64,000 nucleotides of DNA from Sphaerochaeta sp. (GTDB taxonomy: Bacteria; Spirochaetota; Spirochaetia; Sphaerochaetales; Sphaerochaetaceae). This document shows, piece after piece, positions 40,116 through 49,474 of this stretch. The position numbers and the translations under genes are program-made. Below the pieces are notes generated by a model. That model searched no databases and was not told the origin of the DNA. It saw nothing but the letters and a program-made list of their open reading frames with translations. How positions within the stretch are numbered: the stretch's first letter is position 1; every line of letters starts with the position of its first letter. The DNA is taken from contig SHOI01000001.1 of assembly GCA_004294855.1 (NCBI GenBank), forward strand, positions 6,111 through 70,110. The letters run 5' to 3'.

Positions 40116-40802
40116 ATTATTAGAATTAGATGTGGTTTTTTCAGCTTCATGCTTTATAACTTTAAGAGCTTTTTTAATATCTGAAGCAACGAGTGGGTAT
40201 AGTATTTCTGCCAGTTTAAACATTTCAGTCGATCCATATCCAATTTGGCCATCAACAGTCCTGAAGTTTGCTTTTGCATGTTCAATGGCGTCTCGAATAA
40301 AGACCGGATGTTTCCTGCAATCAAACCCACCCGGAATCATTTCGTTTACGTGATTCTTCCACGCTGCGCAGTTTGGCAAAACAACCGCTCCTGCGTCTTC
40401 CCCGGTTATGTGATAATAGAGCCAAACTTCAAAACATGGATTGCTTTGTGCTACTCGCCAGTTTTCTTCATTCAGGCAGTTCTGTTTCAATTCTTGAATT
40501 TGCTGATTCCACTCGTCCGTATCAATCACGAACCAGACTTGATCTGTTGCACCGACATCATACTTTGCTTTCAGTTCGGTGCTCTTGTCTTTAATATCAA
40601 TGCAGGCTTGTTCATACAAACCCATAGGAGAATTATTTCCTTCCGGATCAGCCTTAACGACTTCCAAAATGATTCTTGAGCTGATCTTATCAAAATACTT
40701 AAAATATTGAGGTTCTCTCTTGTTACCTTCACAATAAATTATGCATAGTGAAGCATCTCTGTCGGGGTCTTTGCGAACATAGAGCCTATTTCCTAAAATC
40801 AT
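40113..40802 (-). CDS. RloB family protein
   Basis: IYCEG...EPQYF, VWFVIDTD, SNPCFEVWL, STEM; AT-rich. Confidence 0.88.
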   Translation of the reverse strand: MILGNRLYVRKDPDRDASLCIIYCEGNKREPQYFKYFDKISSRIILEVVKADPEGNNSPMGLYEQACIDIKDKSTELKAKYDVGATDQVWFVIDTDEWNQQIQELKQNCLNEENWRVAQSNPCFEVWLYYHITGEDAGAVVLPNCAAWKNHVNEMIPGGFDCRKHPVFIRDAIEHAKANFRTVDGQIGYGSTEMFKLAEILYPLVASDIKKALKVIKHEAEKTTSNSNN

Positions 40803-42150
40803 CGTTGCCCCAATTAAGATCTTTCAAATTTGCTAAGAATGGAATAGAACCGTATCGTCCGTTCAAATAGCCTTTTCTAATGTCTTTTGTGTTATGCTCC
40901 TTAAATTCACAGAGGGAATACAGATCTGAGCTGCCTGAAGAGTCTTTTTCGACAAACCAGATTTCATCTTGTCGGAAGATCTGTTGATCGAGTAAATTTG
41001 ATTCGTGCGTTGTAAAAATTATCTGGCCTTTAGTTGTATTGTCAGTAGAGAACTTCTCAACGATTTCTTTAATCAAAAGAGGATGAATGCTCCGTTCAAT
41101 TTCATCAATGATGAATGTATTATCCCCTGCCAAAGTAAGTATAAGAAATGGAAGATAATCAATCAGTCTTCTTGAGCCGTCCGATTCTTCAGAAAGATCG
41201 AATTGTATGGTTTCGCCTTCTTTGTTTTCATGCTCGGTCTTAAGCTGTTTTGCAACCACTTCTCCGTTTTCTTCGAGTACAATTACCGGATCGCCTTCAC
41301 TTGTGTAAAATCTTTTTATTGCATGAGGTGATTTTGCAACTTCGTTTAATAAGGCCTCCATGTCAGTTTTATTATCTTCCCCAAAAAATTCTTCAACTGG
41401 TTTTTTTATTGTTACCAACTTTTTAATACCTAGACCAAAGGATTCCAACGTTTGTTGAACAAACTCATTGAACAAATCGTTAGTATCGAGGACATCCGCA
41501 AGAGCTCCTTCCAAGTTTATCTCCGGAGTAATGATCATCAACTTTTTGTTGAACCATCTAAATGCATTGCCGGCATCAATAAACAGTTCATCATCCAATT
41601 CAGAAATGATTTTAAGGGCTGTCCGATTTTGTTTAATCAGGTTCTTTTCAAGAATATCCTTTAACAGGCGGATTTTATCATTCTTTAGCAACTCTTTGGA
41701 GAACTTCAGATTCTGTTTGTCGGACTCTGTAGAGCGTTCGAAAACAAGTTCATCTTTTTCTTTACCGAGTCCTGAAATGTATAACTCCTCCTTAAGAACC
41801 GCTTTCTCTCCAATTTCTATTCCATAAACATAAGGGGTGTCGTTGGAGATAAACTCCACCGCAAGAAACATTGATTCCTTGAAAGAATGAAAATGCTTCA
41901 TTCTTCTGATTGCCATAGAGCTTGGAAGACTGCCTTGAACAACAATTTTTCGGAGGAAATCCAGTGCTCGAATAAGATTTGACTTACCGGCTCCATTGGC
42001 ACCGTAGAATGAGGCCATTTTCAATATCTCAATTCCACATTTTTGGTACTTATGTTCTTTCAGCCGGGTAAACCGAGGAGCCGGAATCATATTGAATTCC
42101 TTTTCCTCTCCAAATGAATAAATGTTTTTTAACATGAACCGTATCAACAT
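40786..42150 (-). CDS. AAA_21 (RloA/AbiEii-like) ABC-type ATPase
   Basis: YGANGAGKSN, EESDGS, IDEIERSIHP, QIIFTTH, RQDEIWFVEK, YLNGRYG. Confidence 0.92.
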   Translation of the reverse strand: MLIRFMLKNIYSFGEEKEFNMIPAPRFTRLKEHKYQKCGIEILKMASFYGANGAGKSNLIRALDFLRKIVVQGSLPSSMAIRRMKHFHSFKESMFLAVEFISNDTPYVYGIEIGEKAVLKEELYISGLGKEKDELVFERSTESDKQNLKFSKELLKNDKIRLLKDILEKNLIKQNRTALKIISELDDELFIDAGNAFRWFNKKLMIITPEINLEGALADVLDTNDLFNEFVQQTLESFGLGIKKLVTIKKPVEEFFGEDNKTDMEALLNEVAKSPHAIKRFYTSEGDPVIVLEENGEVVAKQLKTEHENKEGETIQFDLSEESDGSRRLIDYLPFLILTLAGDNTFIIDEIERSIHPLLIKEIVEKFSTDNTTKGQIIFTTHESNLLDQQIFRQDEIWFVEKDSSGSSDLYSLCEFKEHNTKDIRKGYLNGRYGSIPFLANLKDLNWGNDDFRK

Positions 42151-42247
42151 ACACGTGATATTATCACGTGTACATGCAAATATCAAGAATAATATATAGA
42201 ATATAGGGAAGATTCTATATGTTATAAAAGTATTTTCACGTAATCTA

Positions 42248-42613
42248 TTGATAACTACTCATAATATTCCGGTCGTTCTCGGAAGCGATCGTTATGCTGC
42301 GGTATGTCTTCCGGGAGATGTCGTGTATGGCTGTAGCGGAGGGGTCTTGTCCATTCCGCCGCATCTGTTGGAAGAGGTTATCAAGACCGGACGAAAGAGC
42401 AAAGTCAAAGATATTTGTGGCTTCAAGCTCCTTTCCGAGAATAAATTCACCGCAGCTGCAATCGACCGATTGGTATGGACAAAGAAGATGCTCGATCTGC
42501 TGGTAGATTTCATAAAAAACGATCCGCAAGGCAAGGAATTTCAAGATTTGGATTGGAGCGAGGAGTATGAAATGGCCAAGCAAGATGAGAGCTTTGGCCA
42601 GTCAGCATTATAA
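42248..42613 (+). pseudogene. C-terminal fragment of an RraA-like protein
   Basis: NIPVVLG...VCLPGDVVYG...GVLSIPPHLLEEV; no N-terminal half, no RBS. Confidence 0.6.
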
Positions 42614-42617
42614 AAAC

Positions 42618-42768
42618 GTTGATTCAAACGATGTAGAGTGGTAATACTGGGTAAGACAGGCTTGATCCGACAAGGTTGACACGTTGTCGGATCATCCTGT
42701 GATACGAACCGAAGCAGATAAACGTGTCCACGGAGCATGAGGGTTCATGCTGGCAGCGTTGAATCGAC
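42618..42768 (+). ncRNA. Candidate structured RNA
   Basis: Several nested complementary segments plus a loop-downstream pairing (see findings). Confidence 0.3.
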
Positions 42769-42865
42769 TTTCTGTCGAAAGGTTGGTGAAGTTCGTTGAG
42801 AAACGTATAATTAAAAACAGATCGCATCGGCTCCGTTCCGGGATGATACATTGGAGGGTGTAAGG

Positions 42866-43768
42866 ATGAATCGCATAACAAAAGATAGGCAATCGAATCC
42901 GCGCGGAAAAACAGTCCGGGTCGATAAGGGGCCGGGGGGATTGCCGATTCTTCGAATCAGCAATGAACATGCTGAAAGTTCCATATTCACATATGGAGCG
43001 CACGTAGCTTCGTTCAAGCCCAAAAGAGCTGATGAGATGCTGTTTATCAGCCCCTACAGCAAATTTGAGGAAGGGCAGCCGATAAGAGGCGGAATTCCCA
43101 TCTGTTTCCCCTGGTTTGGAAAACATGAGACCCGGGAAGACCTGCAACTGCATGGGCTGGTTCGAACGAAGATCTGGGACGTGGTCGGTACGGCGACCGA
43201 AGCGGATGGATCGACCACAGTGGTCTTGAGCACGCACGATGATGAGTATTCCTGGAGCATCTGGCCTCATCGGTTTTCGATTCAGCTGACAGTCTTCATA
43301 GCAAAAGAGCTTACCATGATCCTGGAAGTGAAAAACATCGATGACAAGCCGTTTACGTTTGGAGAAGCTTTCCATACATATTTTTCAGTCGGAGATCTTG
43401 AACAATGCAATATCATAGGTTTGGACGGACTTCAGGCCATTGACAGGATGAAATCCGATACCGTCTATGTCCAATCCGGAGATGTGAAGGTTTCCGGAGC
43501 GTTCACACGGGTATATCGAGATGCGGGTAAACATGTAACGCTGGCAGACCCGGTCGCTTCAAGAAGCATCAGGATGGAACAGGATCGATTGCGTCATGTG
43601 GTGGTATGGAACCCCGGAGAGCATGCTGCAATGAATAATGCGGAGATCCTGGAAGCGTACAAGGACTTTCTCTGCGTGGAACATGCAAATTTCCTTGATG
43701 CCGCCATTGACCTGAATCCGGGGGAAACGCATCGCAGCAAGCTGGTGCTCTCGATACTTTCAGACTGA
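42866..43768 (+). CDS. D-hexose-6-phosphate mutarotase (aldose 1-epimerase family)
   Basis: GAHVASF, IRGGIPICFPWFG, HGLVR, FHTYF, VVWNPG, LCVE. Confidence 0.92.
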   Translation: MNRITKDRQSNPRGKTVRVDKGPGGLPILRISNEHAESSIFTYGAHVASFKPKRADEMLFISPYSKFEEGQPIRGGIPICFPWFGKHETREDLQLHGLVRTKIWDVVGTATEADGSTTVVLSTHDDEYSWSIWPHRFSIQLTVFIAKELTMILEVKNIDDKPFTFGEAFHTYFSVGDLEQCNIIGLDGLQAIDRMKSDTVYVQSGDVKVSGAFTRVYRDAGKHVTLADPVASRSIRMEQDRLRHVVVWNPGEHAAMNNAEILEAYKDFLCVEHANFLDAAIDLNPGETHRSKLVLSILSD

Positions 43769-43781
43769 GGCATGGAGATAT

Positions 43782-44567
43782 ATGGAAATAATCGTACTTA
43801 TAACCGTACTCATCGCCACGGTCGTCGGTTCCATCAGCGGAATCGGTGGCGGCGTCATCATCAAGCCGGTCATGGACGCAATCTGCTCCATGTCCTCGGC
43901 CCAGATTTCATTCATGTCCGGAACGACGGTTCTTGCCATGACCTTTGCCTCTCTTATCAGAAGCCGTGATGAAATCAAGAAGATCGATAGGAGAGGAGTC
44001 ATGCTTGCCATCGGCGCCGCTGTCGGCGGCCTTGCCGGAAAGCAGCTCTTCGACATCATCCGTGAAGCGGCATCCTCCGGAACAATGGTATCCCTTGTTC
44101 AGAACATCTTTATGGTTCTTCTCACGGGTGCAGTCTTCGTTTACACGCTGAAAAAGGAAAACATCAGGAAAATGGAGATCCGGAACCAGGTCCTTGCTTT
44201 CATCGCGGGCTCCGTTCTCGGTATCTTTTCCTCCTTCCTCGGAATTGGCGGCGGTCCCATCAACCTGATGATCCTCTCCTTTTTCTTCTCCATGGACACA
44301 AAGACGGCAGCGTTCAATTCCCTGCTGGCGATCTTCTTCTCACAGAGCTTGTCCTTCATCTCCACAAGTATTACAGGCATTCCGGACATCAGCTGGACAT
44401 TGATGGTCCTCATGATGATTTTTGGCGTCGTCGGTGCGACGATCGGCAGAACGCTCAGCAAAAAGATGGACAATCAGGCTGTGGACAAGCTCTTCATGGT
44501 TCTTCTGGTCTTCATCACAGGTCTGTCTTTCTACAACTGCATTACATTTGGTCTTGATCTCGTTTAG
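43782..44567 (+). CDS. TauE/SafE family membrane protein
   Basis: GSISGIGGGVIIKP and SSFLGIGGGP repeats, about 8 TM segments. Confidence 0.9.
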   Translation: MEIIVLITVLIATVVGSISGIGGGVIIKPVMDAICSMSSAQISFMSGTTVLAMTFASLIRSRDEIKKIDRRGVMLAIGAAVGGLAGKQLFDIIREAASSGTMVSLVQNIFMVLLTGAVFVYTLKKENIRKMEIRNQVLAFIAGSVLGIFSSFLGIGGGPINLMILSFFFSMDTKTAAFNSLLAIFFSQSLSFISTSITGIPDISWTLMVLMMIFGVVGATIGRTLSKKMDNQAVDKLFMVLLVFITGLSFYNCITFGLDLV

Positions 44568-44607
44568 CTTGGATACTATTATTTTCCTCCTATTTTTCTG
44601 CACTAAA

Positions 44608-44639
44608 AAACGACTGGATTTTTTAGTTTCCAGTCGTTT
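44608..44639. terminator. Hairpin between convergent genes
   Basis: AAACGACTGGA...TCCAGTCGTTT. Confidence 0.7.
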
Positions 44640-44642
44640 CAA

Positions 44643-45935
44643 CTATGCGTCAAGAAAATCATCCGTCAACAAAAAGTCTCTGATTCCAATGTAGTAAATT
44701 CCATACTCATCGTATCTTGGCACTATAGCATCTCTGACAATAATGATTTTCTTAAAAGAATCGTCAATTCGTTTTAGTGAGTTTCTTTCTTGTTCTTTCT
44801 TCTCCTCACTATGTATAGCGAAGGCTGATTGAATATAATATCTGAGATTTCCTCTGTTTATAACAAAATCAACCTCTAACTGCACTCTTGTTGTTTTCCC
44901 ATCTACACTGGGAAAATATTCCACAACGCCTACATCTACATTAAATCCTCTTCTTAGCAAGTCGTTATAAATTATATTTTCCATAATATGCGTTTCTTCC
45001 ACTTGTCTAAAATTCAGTCTTGCATTTCTAAGCCCAATGTCAGCAAAATAATATTTAAGTGGCGTGGAAAAGTATTTTGAACCTTTAATATCATATCTTT
45101 TAGCTGCATATAAAACATAGGCTTCTTCAAAATAAGCTAAATACTTTGAAATGGTATTATTTGATATATTTATCTTTTTTTCTGAAGCATATCTTTTGGA
45201 TAACTTAAGAGGATTTGTAAGTGATCCTACTGCTGATGATACAAAATCCAATAAAACTTCTAATACTTCTTCACTGTTTTTTATTTGGTTTCGATCTATA
45301 ATATCTTTAATGTACGTTTCTTCAAATAGTCTTTTTAAATACTTGCTTTTTTCTTCGAAGGTTTCAAGTTTAAGTACAAATGGCATTCCACCGCAAAGCA
45401 CATAATCTGCCCATGCTATATCTTTATCCTCATAGCAGCTACTCATTTCAGCAAACGATAAAGGATACATATGGATTTCATCTCCCCTATCTCTAAATTG
45501 TGTCAAAATATCTTTAGAAAGCATTTTTGAATTACTTCCGGTAACGTAAATATCAAGATTTTTCCGTTTCATAAGCGAAAGTAACGTATCAACAAAAGTA
45601 ATCTTTTCGTCCTCATCATCAATATATGGATTCTTCACCGACTTTGAAAATTGTATCTCATCAATAAAAATGTAATACCTCTTATCATCAGTTATTTTAC
45701 TTTTTATATACTCATTGAGTTTAAATGGATCTCTATACTGACTGTTTTCGATGTCGTCGAGAGCAATTTCAATAATTTGGTTTTGAACTATACTGTTTTT
45801 CAATAAATAATTCTTGTATAGTTCAAACAACAAATATGACTTGCCACATCTTCTGATACCCGTAATGATCTTAATTCTTCCGTTATCTTTTTTTTTAATC
45901 AACTCATCTAAATATTGTTTTCTTTCTATACGCAT
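44643..45935 (-). CDS. AAA_14 / DUF4143 ATP-binding protein (copy 2, very AT-rich)
   Basis: GIRRCGKS, FIDEIQ, TGSNS, KYYFADIG, EVDFV...YIQS; start MRIERKQY. Confidence 0.92.
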   Translation of the reverse strand: MRIERKQYLDELIKKKDNGRIKIITGIRRCGKSYLLFELYKNYLLKNSIVQNQIIEIALDDIENSQYRDPFKLNEYIKSKITDDKRYYIFIDEIQFSKSVKNPYIDDEDEKITFVDTLLSLMKRKNLDIYVTGSNSKMLSKDILTQFRDRGDEIHMYPLSFAEMSSCYEDKDIAWADYVLCGGMPFVLKLETFEEKSKYLKRLFEETYIKDIIDRNQIKNSEEVLEVLLDFVSSAVGSLTNPLKLSKRYASEKKINISNNTISKYLAYFEEAYVLYAAKRYDIKGSKYFSTPLKYYFADIGLRNARLNFRQVEETHIMENIIYNDLLRRGFNVDVGVVEYFPSVDGKTTRVQLEVDFVINRGNLRYYIQSAFAIHSEEKKEQERNSLKRIDDSFKKIIIVRDAIVPRYDEYGIYYIGIRDFLLTDDFLDA

Positions 45936-45954
45936 ACCACCACATCCTTTTTGC

Positions 45955-46062
45955 GAATAATTTCTGTAGTATCCCACATTTTTTATCTGTAATCGTTTTA
46001 TCACATTCAAAAGAGAAATTCAACTACTAGGAATAATTTCCGTGGAATAACACACTTTTTAT
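45955..46062 (-). promoter_or_regulatory. Promoter bracketed by two imperfect repeats
   Basis: GAATAATTTC-TGTAGTATCCCACA-TTTTTT and GAATAATTTC-CGTGGAATAACACA-CTTTTT; TTGAAT-17-TAAAAC at 45995-46023. Confidence 0.65.
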
Positions 46063-46095
46063 TCCATCCTACAGCGTCTATAGTTGCTATCTCTT

Positions 46096-47060
46096 CTTTG
46101 ATATGCCGTGAGGTTTGCCGTGGATAAACGGGGAGGAACCGGCCATTTCATTCTTACGGGCTCTGCGGTGCCTCCTGCCGAGGAGACCCCGGGTCGGGGA
46201 GAATTTCTCGTTTCAACAAGAGGCAGAGAGATCTCTTTGATGGAAAGGAAGATGTTTCGAGCACATCATTGATGTCTTTGGAGGAGATCACCTTCGCCTT
46301 GGTGCGAGGCGGATGGCCTGATGCGGTGACAGGATCGAAAAAAAACGCTTTACGGCGAGCAATCCATTATGTTGAAACAATCATACAGACTGATATTTCA
46401 AGAGTTGACAACATCAGAAGAGATCCGGTGAAAGTTCGGGATCTGATGCTCTCCCTCGCCAGAAACACCGCCACCATGGCGACCATCAAGACGATCCGGG
46501 ATGATATGGCTCGAGGAGATGCCGACAATGCCCTCTCCGTTCCAACAATCTATGGATATCTCAATGCGCTTGAACGGATGTTCGTCGTAGAGGATCTACC
46601 GGCATGGAGCCCTTCATTGCGTTCTAAAACAACCATCAGAACATCACCGAAACGTCATTTTGTCGATCCCTCAATCGCGACTGCCGTGATGCGTTTGACT
46701 CCCGGCAGGTTGCTGAAGGACTTCCTGTTTTTTGGGTTCCTCTTTGAGTCTTTGTGTGTTCGGGATCTTCGAATATATGCGGATGGAAACGATGGACAGG
46801 TATTTCACTATCGGGATGCGAACGGCCTGGAAGCTGATGCCGTGGTGGTTCTTAATGATGGCAGATGGGGGGCCGTTGAGGTGAAACTCGGTACAAAAGA
46901 AATAGAAGAGGCGGCTATCCATTTGCGTAAGCTTAAGGAACGGATCAATACCGAGAAGATGATGGAGCCTTCCTTTTTGTTGATACTGACTGCAGGCACG
47001 TATGCCTATCGTCGGAAAGACGGAGTACTGGTGGTTCCGCTTGCATGTTTGAAGGATTGA
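46096..47060 (+). pseudogene. Truncated and frameshifted AAA_14/DUF4143 gene (different subfamily)
   Basis: Remnants L*YAVRFAVDKRGGTGHFILTGSAVP and out-of-frame GSGRISRF upstream of intact GGWP...KRHFVDPS...EADAV...EVKLG; Walker A absent. Confidence 0.8.
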
Positions 47061-47196
47061 TATGTGATCATGAAAAGAGCCTCTGAGAACCGATGGAGTA
47101 CGCTTTCAAAAAACAAAAACAATTGAAGTTTCGAAAGTATACACCCCGGTTCGTGTACGCTGGCATCGCGCATGGTATCGTGATGAAAACAATGAG

Positions 47197-47227
47197 GATG
47201 CCTCCCCGCTGACCGCGGGGAGACATC
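47197..47227. terminator. Hairpin downstream of the isomerase
   Basis: GATGCCTCCCCGC...GCGGGGAGACATC. Confidence 0.65.
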
Positions 47228-47237
47228 GGGTCTCTTC

Positions 47238-48212
47238 TTATTTGAAGAACGTGTGGCGGAGCCAGCGCTGGGAAGCGACTGCGTCCCCTTTGGTGACAAG
47301 TTCGCGGATCTCCTCCATGACAGTCGGGGTGAGGCGGCTTTCGATCATCTGCAGGAACTCCACGCTTTCCCGAAGGGCGCCTTGTCCGTCCTCCCGGTAG
47401 GGGTACTGGTCCATCGACAACCAGCCCTCGTATCCGGTTTCCTTCAACCAGAAGAACAGCTCGACGTACCAGGGGAAGTGAACCGAACCGACGATCATGT
47501 CGTCGTCCCATGATCCATAGTTATCGTTGAAGTGCATATGAAAGAGCTTCTTCCCATATTCTTGAAGAATCACGACCGCTTCGGCGACGTTTTCTCCCGC
47601 CACGAATGCGTGTCCCGTATCGATCGTCACCCCCACGTTGTCCAGTCCGGTCTCCTTTGCGAGCAGGAGGGTGTCGGACGCCCGGGCCATGAAGCTGAAA
47701 TTCCTCGGTTCCTTCGGCTTGTATTCGAGGGAAAACCGAATGTCCGGTGTAGCCTTCGCCACCTTGGTGATGTTCTCGAGAAGCCACCTTCGTTCCCGGA
47801 CGAAATTCGACTGCAGCGGATAGTCGTATCCATCCTGCCCCGGCCACAGGTTGATAATCTTGCACCCGAGCGTTCGAGCCATCTCGACGCATTCAAAAGT
47901 GTAGTCGAGCGCTTGCTTCCGGATATCCTCATCCTTGGCGGAAAGCGTACCGCGTCCCCAGCGCTTCTGGGCGAAGTGGTCGGGGATGATCGAGACGCAC
48001 TTCAGGCCATGCTTGTCCAGCATCTCTCCGACCTGCTCGACGTTCTCCGAGGTCACATCCCATGTTCCCACGAGCTCGACTCCGGTAACTCCGTTGATTT
48101 CCGAAGCCTGACGAATCAGTGTTTCCTTTGGAAGCTCGTCCTTGTACCCTGACGAAAGAAATCTATCCCGGGTGTTCCCGAGATTGCCTAAAATAATTGA
48201 ATAGTTGCTCAC
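47238..48212 (-). CDS. Xylose-isomerase-like TIM-barrel sugar isomerase
   Basis: WPGQDG, EYKPKEPR, DTGH, HFNDNYGSWDDD, MDQYP. Confidence 0.88.
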   Translation of the reverse strand: MSNYSIILGNLGNTRDRFLSSGYKDELPKETLIRQASEINGVTGVELVGTWDVTSENVEQVGEMLDKHGLKCVSIIPDHFAQKRWGRGTLSAKDEDIRKQALDYTFECVEMARTLGCKIINLWPGQDGYDYPLQSNFVRERRWLLENITKVAKATPDIRFSLEYKPKEPRNFSFMARASDTLLLAKETGLDNVGVTIDTGHAFVAGENVAEAVVILQEYGKKLFHMHFNDNYGSWDDDMIVGSVHFPWYVELFFWLKETGYEGWLSMDQYPYREDGQGALRESVEFLQMIESRLTPTVMEEIRELVTKGDAVASQRWLRHTFFK

Positions 48213-48227
48213 GACAATACCTCCTTG

Positions 48228-49241
48228 TCATCTTCTATCCATAACACTGTCACGAACGACCAGCGTTCCATTCACTTGGATCGTGATCGACTCCTTTTGA
48301 TGCTTTGTTGAAAGTTTTTTAACGAGCAGTTCGGTTGCAATGGTGCCGATGAGGCGGTTGGGGACCTTGATCGTGGTCAGCCGGGGTTCGGACATTGAGC
48401 TCATCGGAAGATTGTCGAAGCCGATGATCGAAACATCCTCGGGGATTCGAATCCTGTGTTCCTTCAACGCCTTCATCACTCCCAAGGCCGCCACGTCGTT
48501 GTAGCAGAAGAACGCCTCCGGCAACTGATTCTCCTGTTTGAGGTACGTCTTCGTATCGTTGTACGCACCTTTGAATCCCGGTTGGATTCGCAGAAAGGAT
48601 GCCGGAGAAAGGCCGGATCGCTCCAACGCCAGCGAAAATCCCCGTTCGCGCAGGATGATGTTTCCGCTGGGCGTGGTGCAGCTGATCATCCCGATCCTTT
48701 TGTGTCCGCGATCGATGAGGTGGTTGACGATCTTAGTCAGCGCCGCGATATTCGCCATATCGACAAAGTCGCAGCACGCCGATTCAAATTGAGTATCGAT
48801 CACGACAAACGTGAACGGCAATGATTGAAGGTTGTGAACGTCATCCTCATCCAGCTCGGTACCCAGCACGATGATTCCTTTCGGTTTTCGAGAGGAAAGA
48901 AGCTCCGTCAATGTGGAAACGGAGGTGAAGGTGTGATCGAGGATTTCGAAGGTATAGCCCGCTTTCGTTACGGCATCGTTGATCGAATCGATGTAATCCA
49001 CGATGAAGCTGCTTTGATCGCGATTGAGGATCAAGCCATGTTTGCTGAGTCGGGCGAACATGATGAACCCCTTGCTTTCCTGATGAACGATTCGTTCGGA
49101 GGGGAGGCGGTAGTTCATCCTGCGGGCGATCTCCAGGATTCTTGTCCGAGTTTCATCGCTGACGCCCTTGTGTCCGTTCAGCGCAAGGGAAACCGTTGTT
49201 TTTGATACGCCGGCTTCAGCGGCAATCTCTTTGATACCCAT
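48228..49241 (-). CDS. LacI family regulator
   Basis: IKEIAAEAGVSKTTVSLALN, PEDVSIIGFD, LTTI. Confidence 0.95.
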   Translation of the reverse strand: MGIKEIAAEAGVSKTTVSLALNGHKGVSDETRTRILEIARRMNYRLPSERIVHQESKGFIMFARLSKHGLILNRDQSSFIVDYIDSINDAVTKAGYTFEILDHTFTSVSTLTELLSSRKPKGIIVLGTELDEDDVHNLQSLPFTFVVIDTQFESACCDFVDMANIAALTKIVNHLIDRGHKRIGMISCTTPSGNIILRERGFSLALERSGLSPASFLRIQPGFKGAYNDTKTYLKQENQLPEAFFCYNDVAALGVMKALKEHRIRIPEDVSIIGFDNLPMSSMSEPRLTTIKVPNRLIGTIATELLVKKLSTKHQKESITIQVNGTLVVRDSVMDRR

Positions 49242-49411
49242 GAATGAAGCATATGCTTTGAGTTTTACGCTGTCAAATATTTTATTGAAATTTTAGTTGA
49301 ATGCCTCTGTATTCATAGATATTCCGATATTTAAGAACTCAAAAAGGCGAAAATATCAGCTAAACAGGCGAGAAAGACATTTCGGTACTAAACAATTTCA
49401 TCATATTTATT

Positions 49412-49440
49412 TTGACATCCACAAGGTGCTGGGGTAGAGT
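49412..49440 (+). promoter_or_regulatory. Sigma70 promoter of the sugar ABC operon
   Basis: TTGACA-17-TAGAGT. Confidence 0.65.
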
Positions 49441-49474
49441 TATGCTACAGACTGTTGTAAAGGAGGAACACAGG

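Noticed and set aside
42630-42800. Firm lysine riboswitch call
   Set aside because: P1, P3 and P5 pairings are poor and the downstream gene is unrelated; kept only as an unknown RNA candidate
40113-47060. Integron cassette array or IS-mediated island
   Set aside because: No attC-like repeats, integrase, transposase or terminal repeats seen; genes carry their own promoters in mixed orientation
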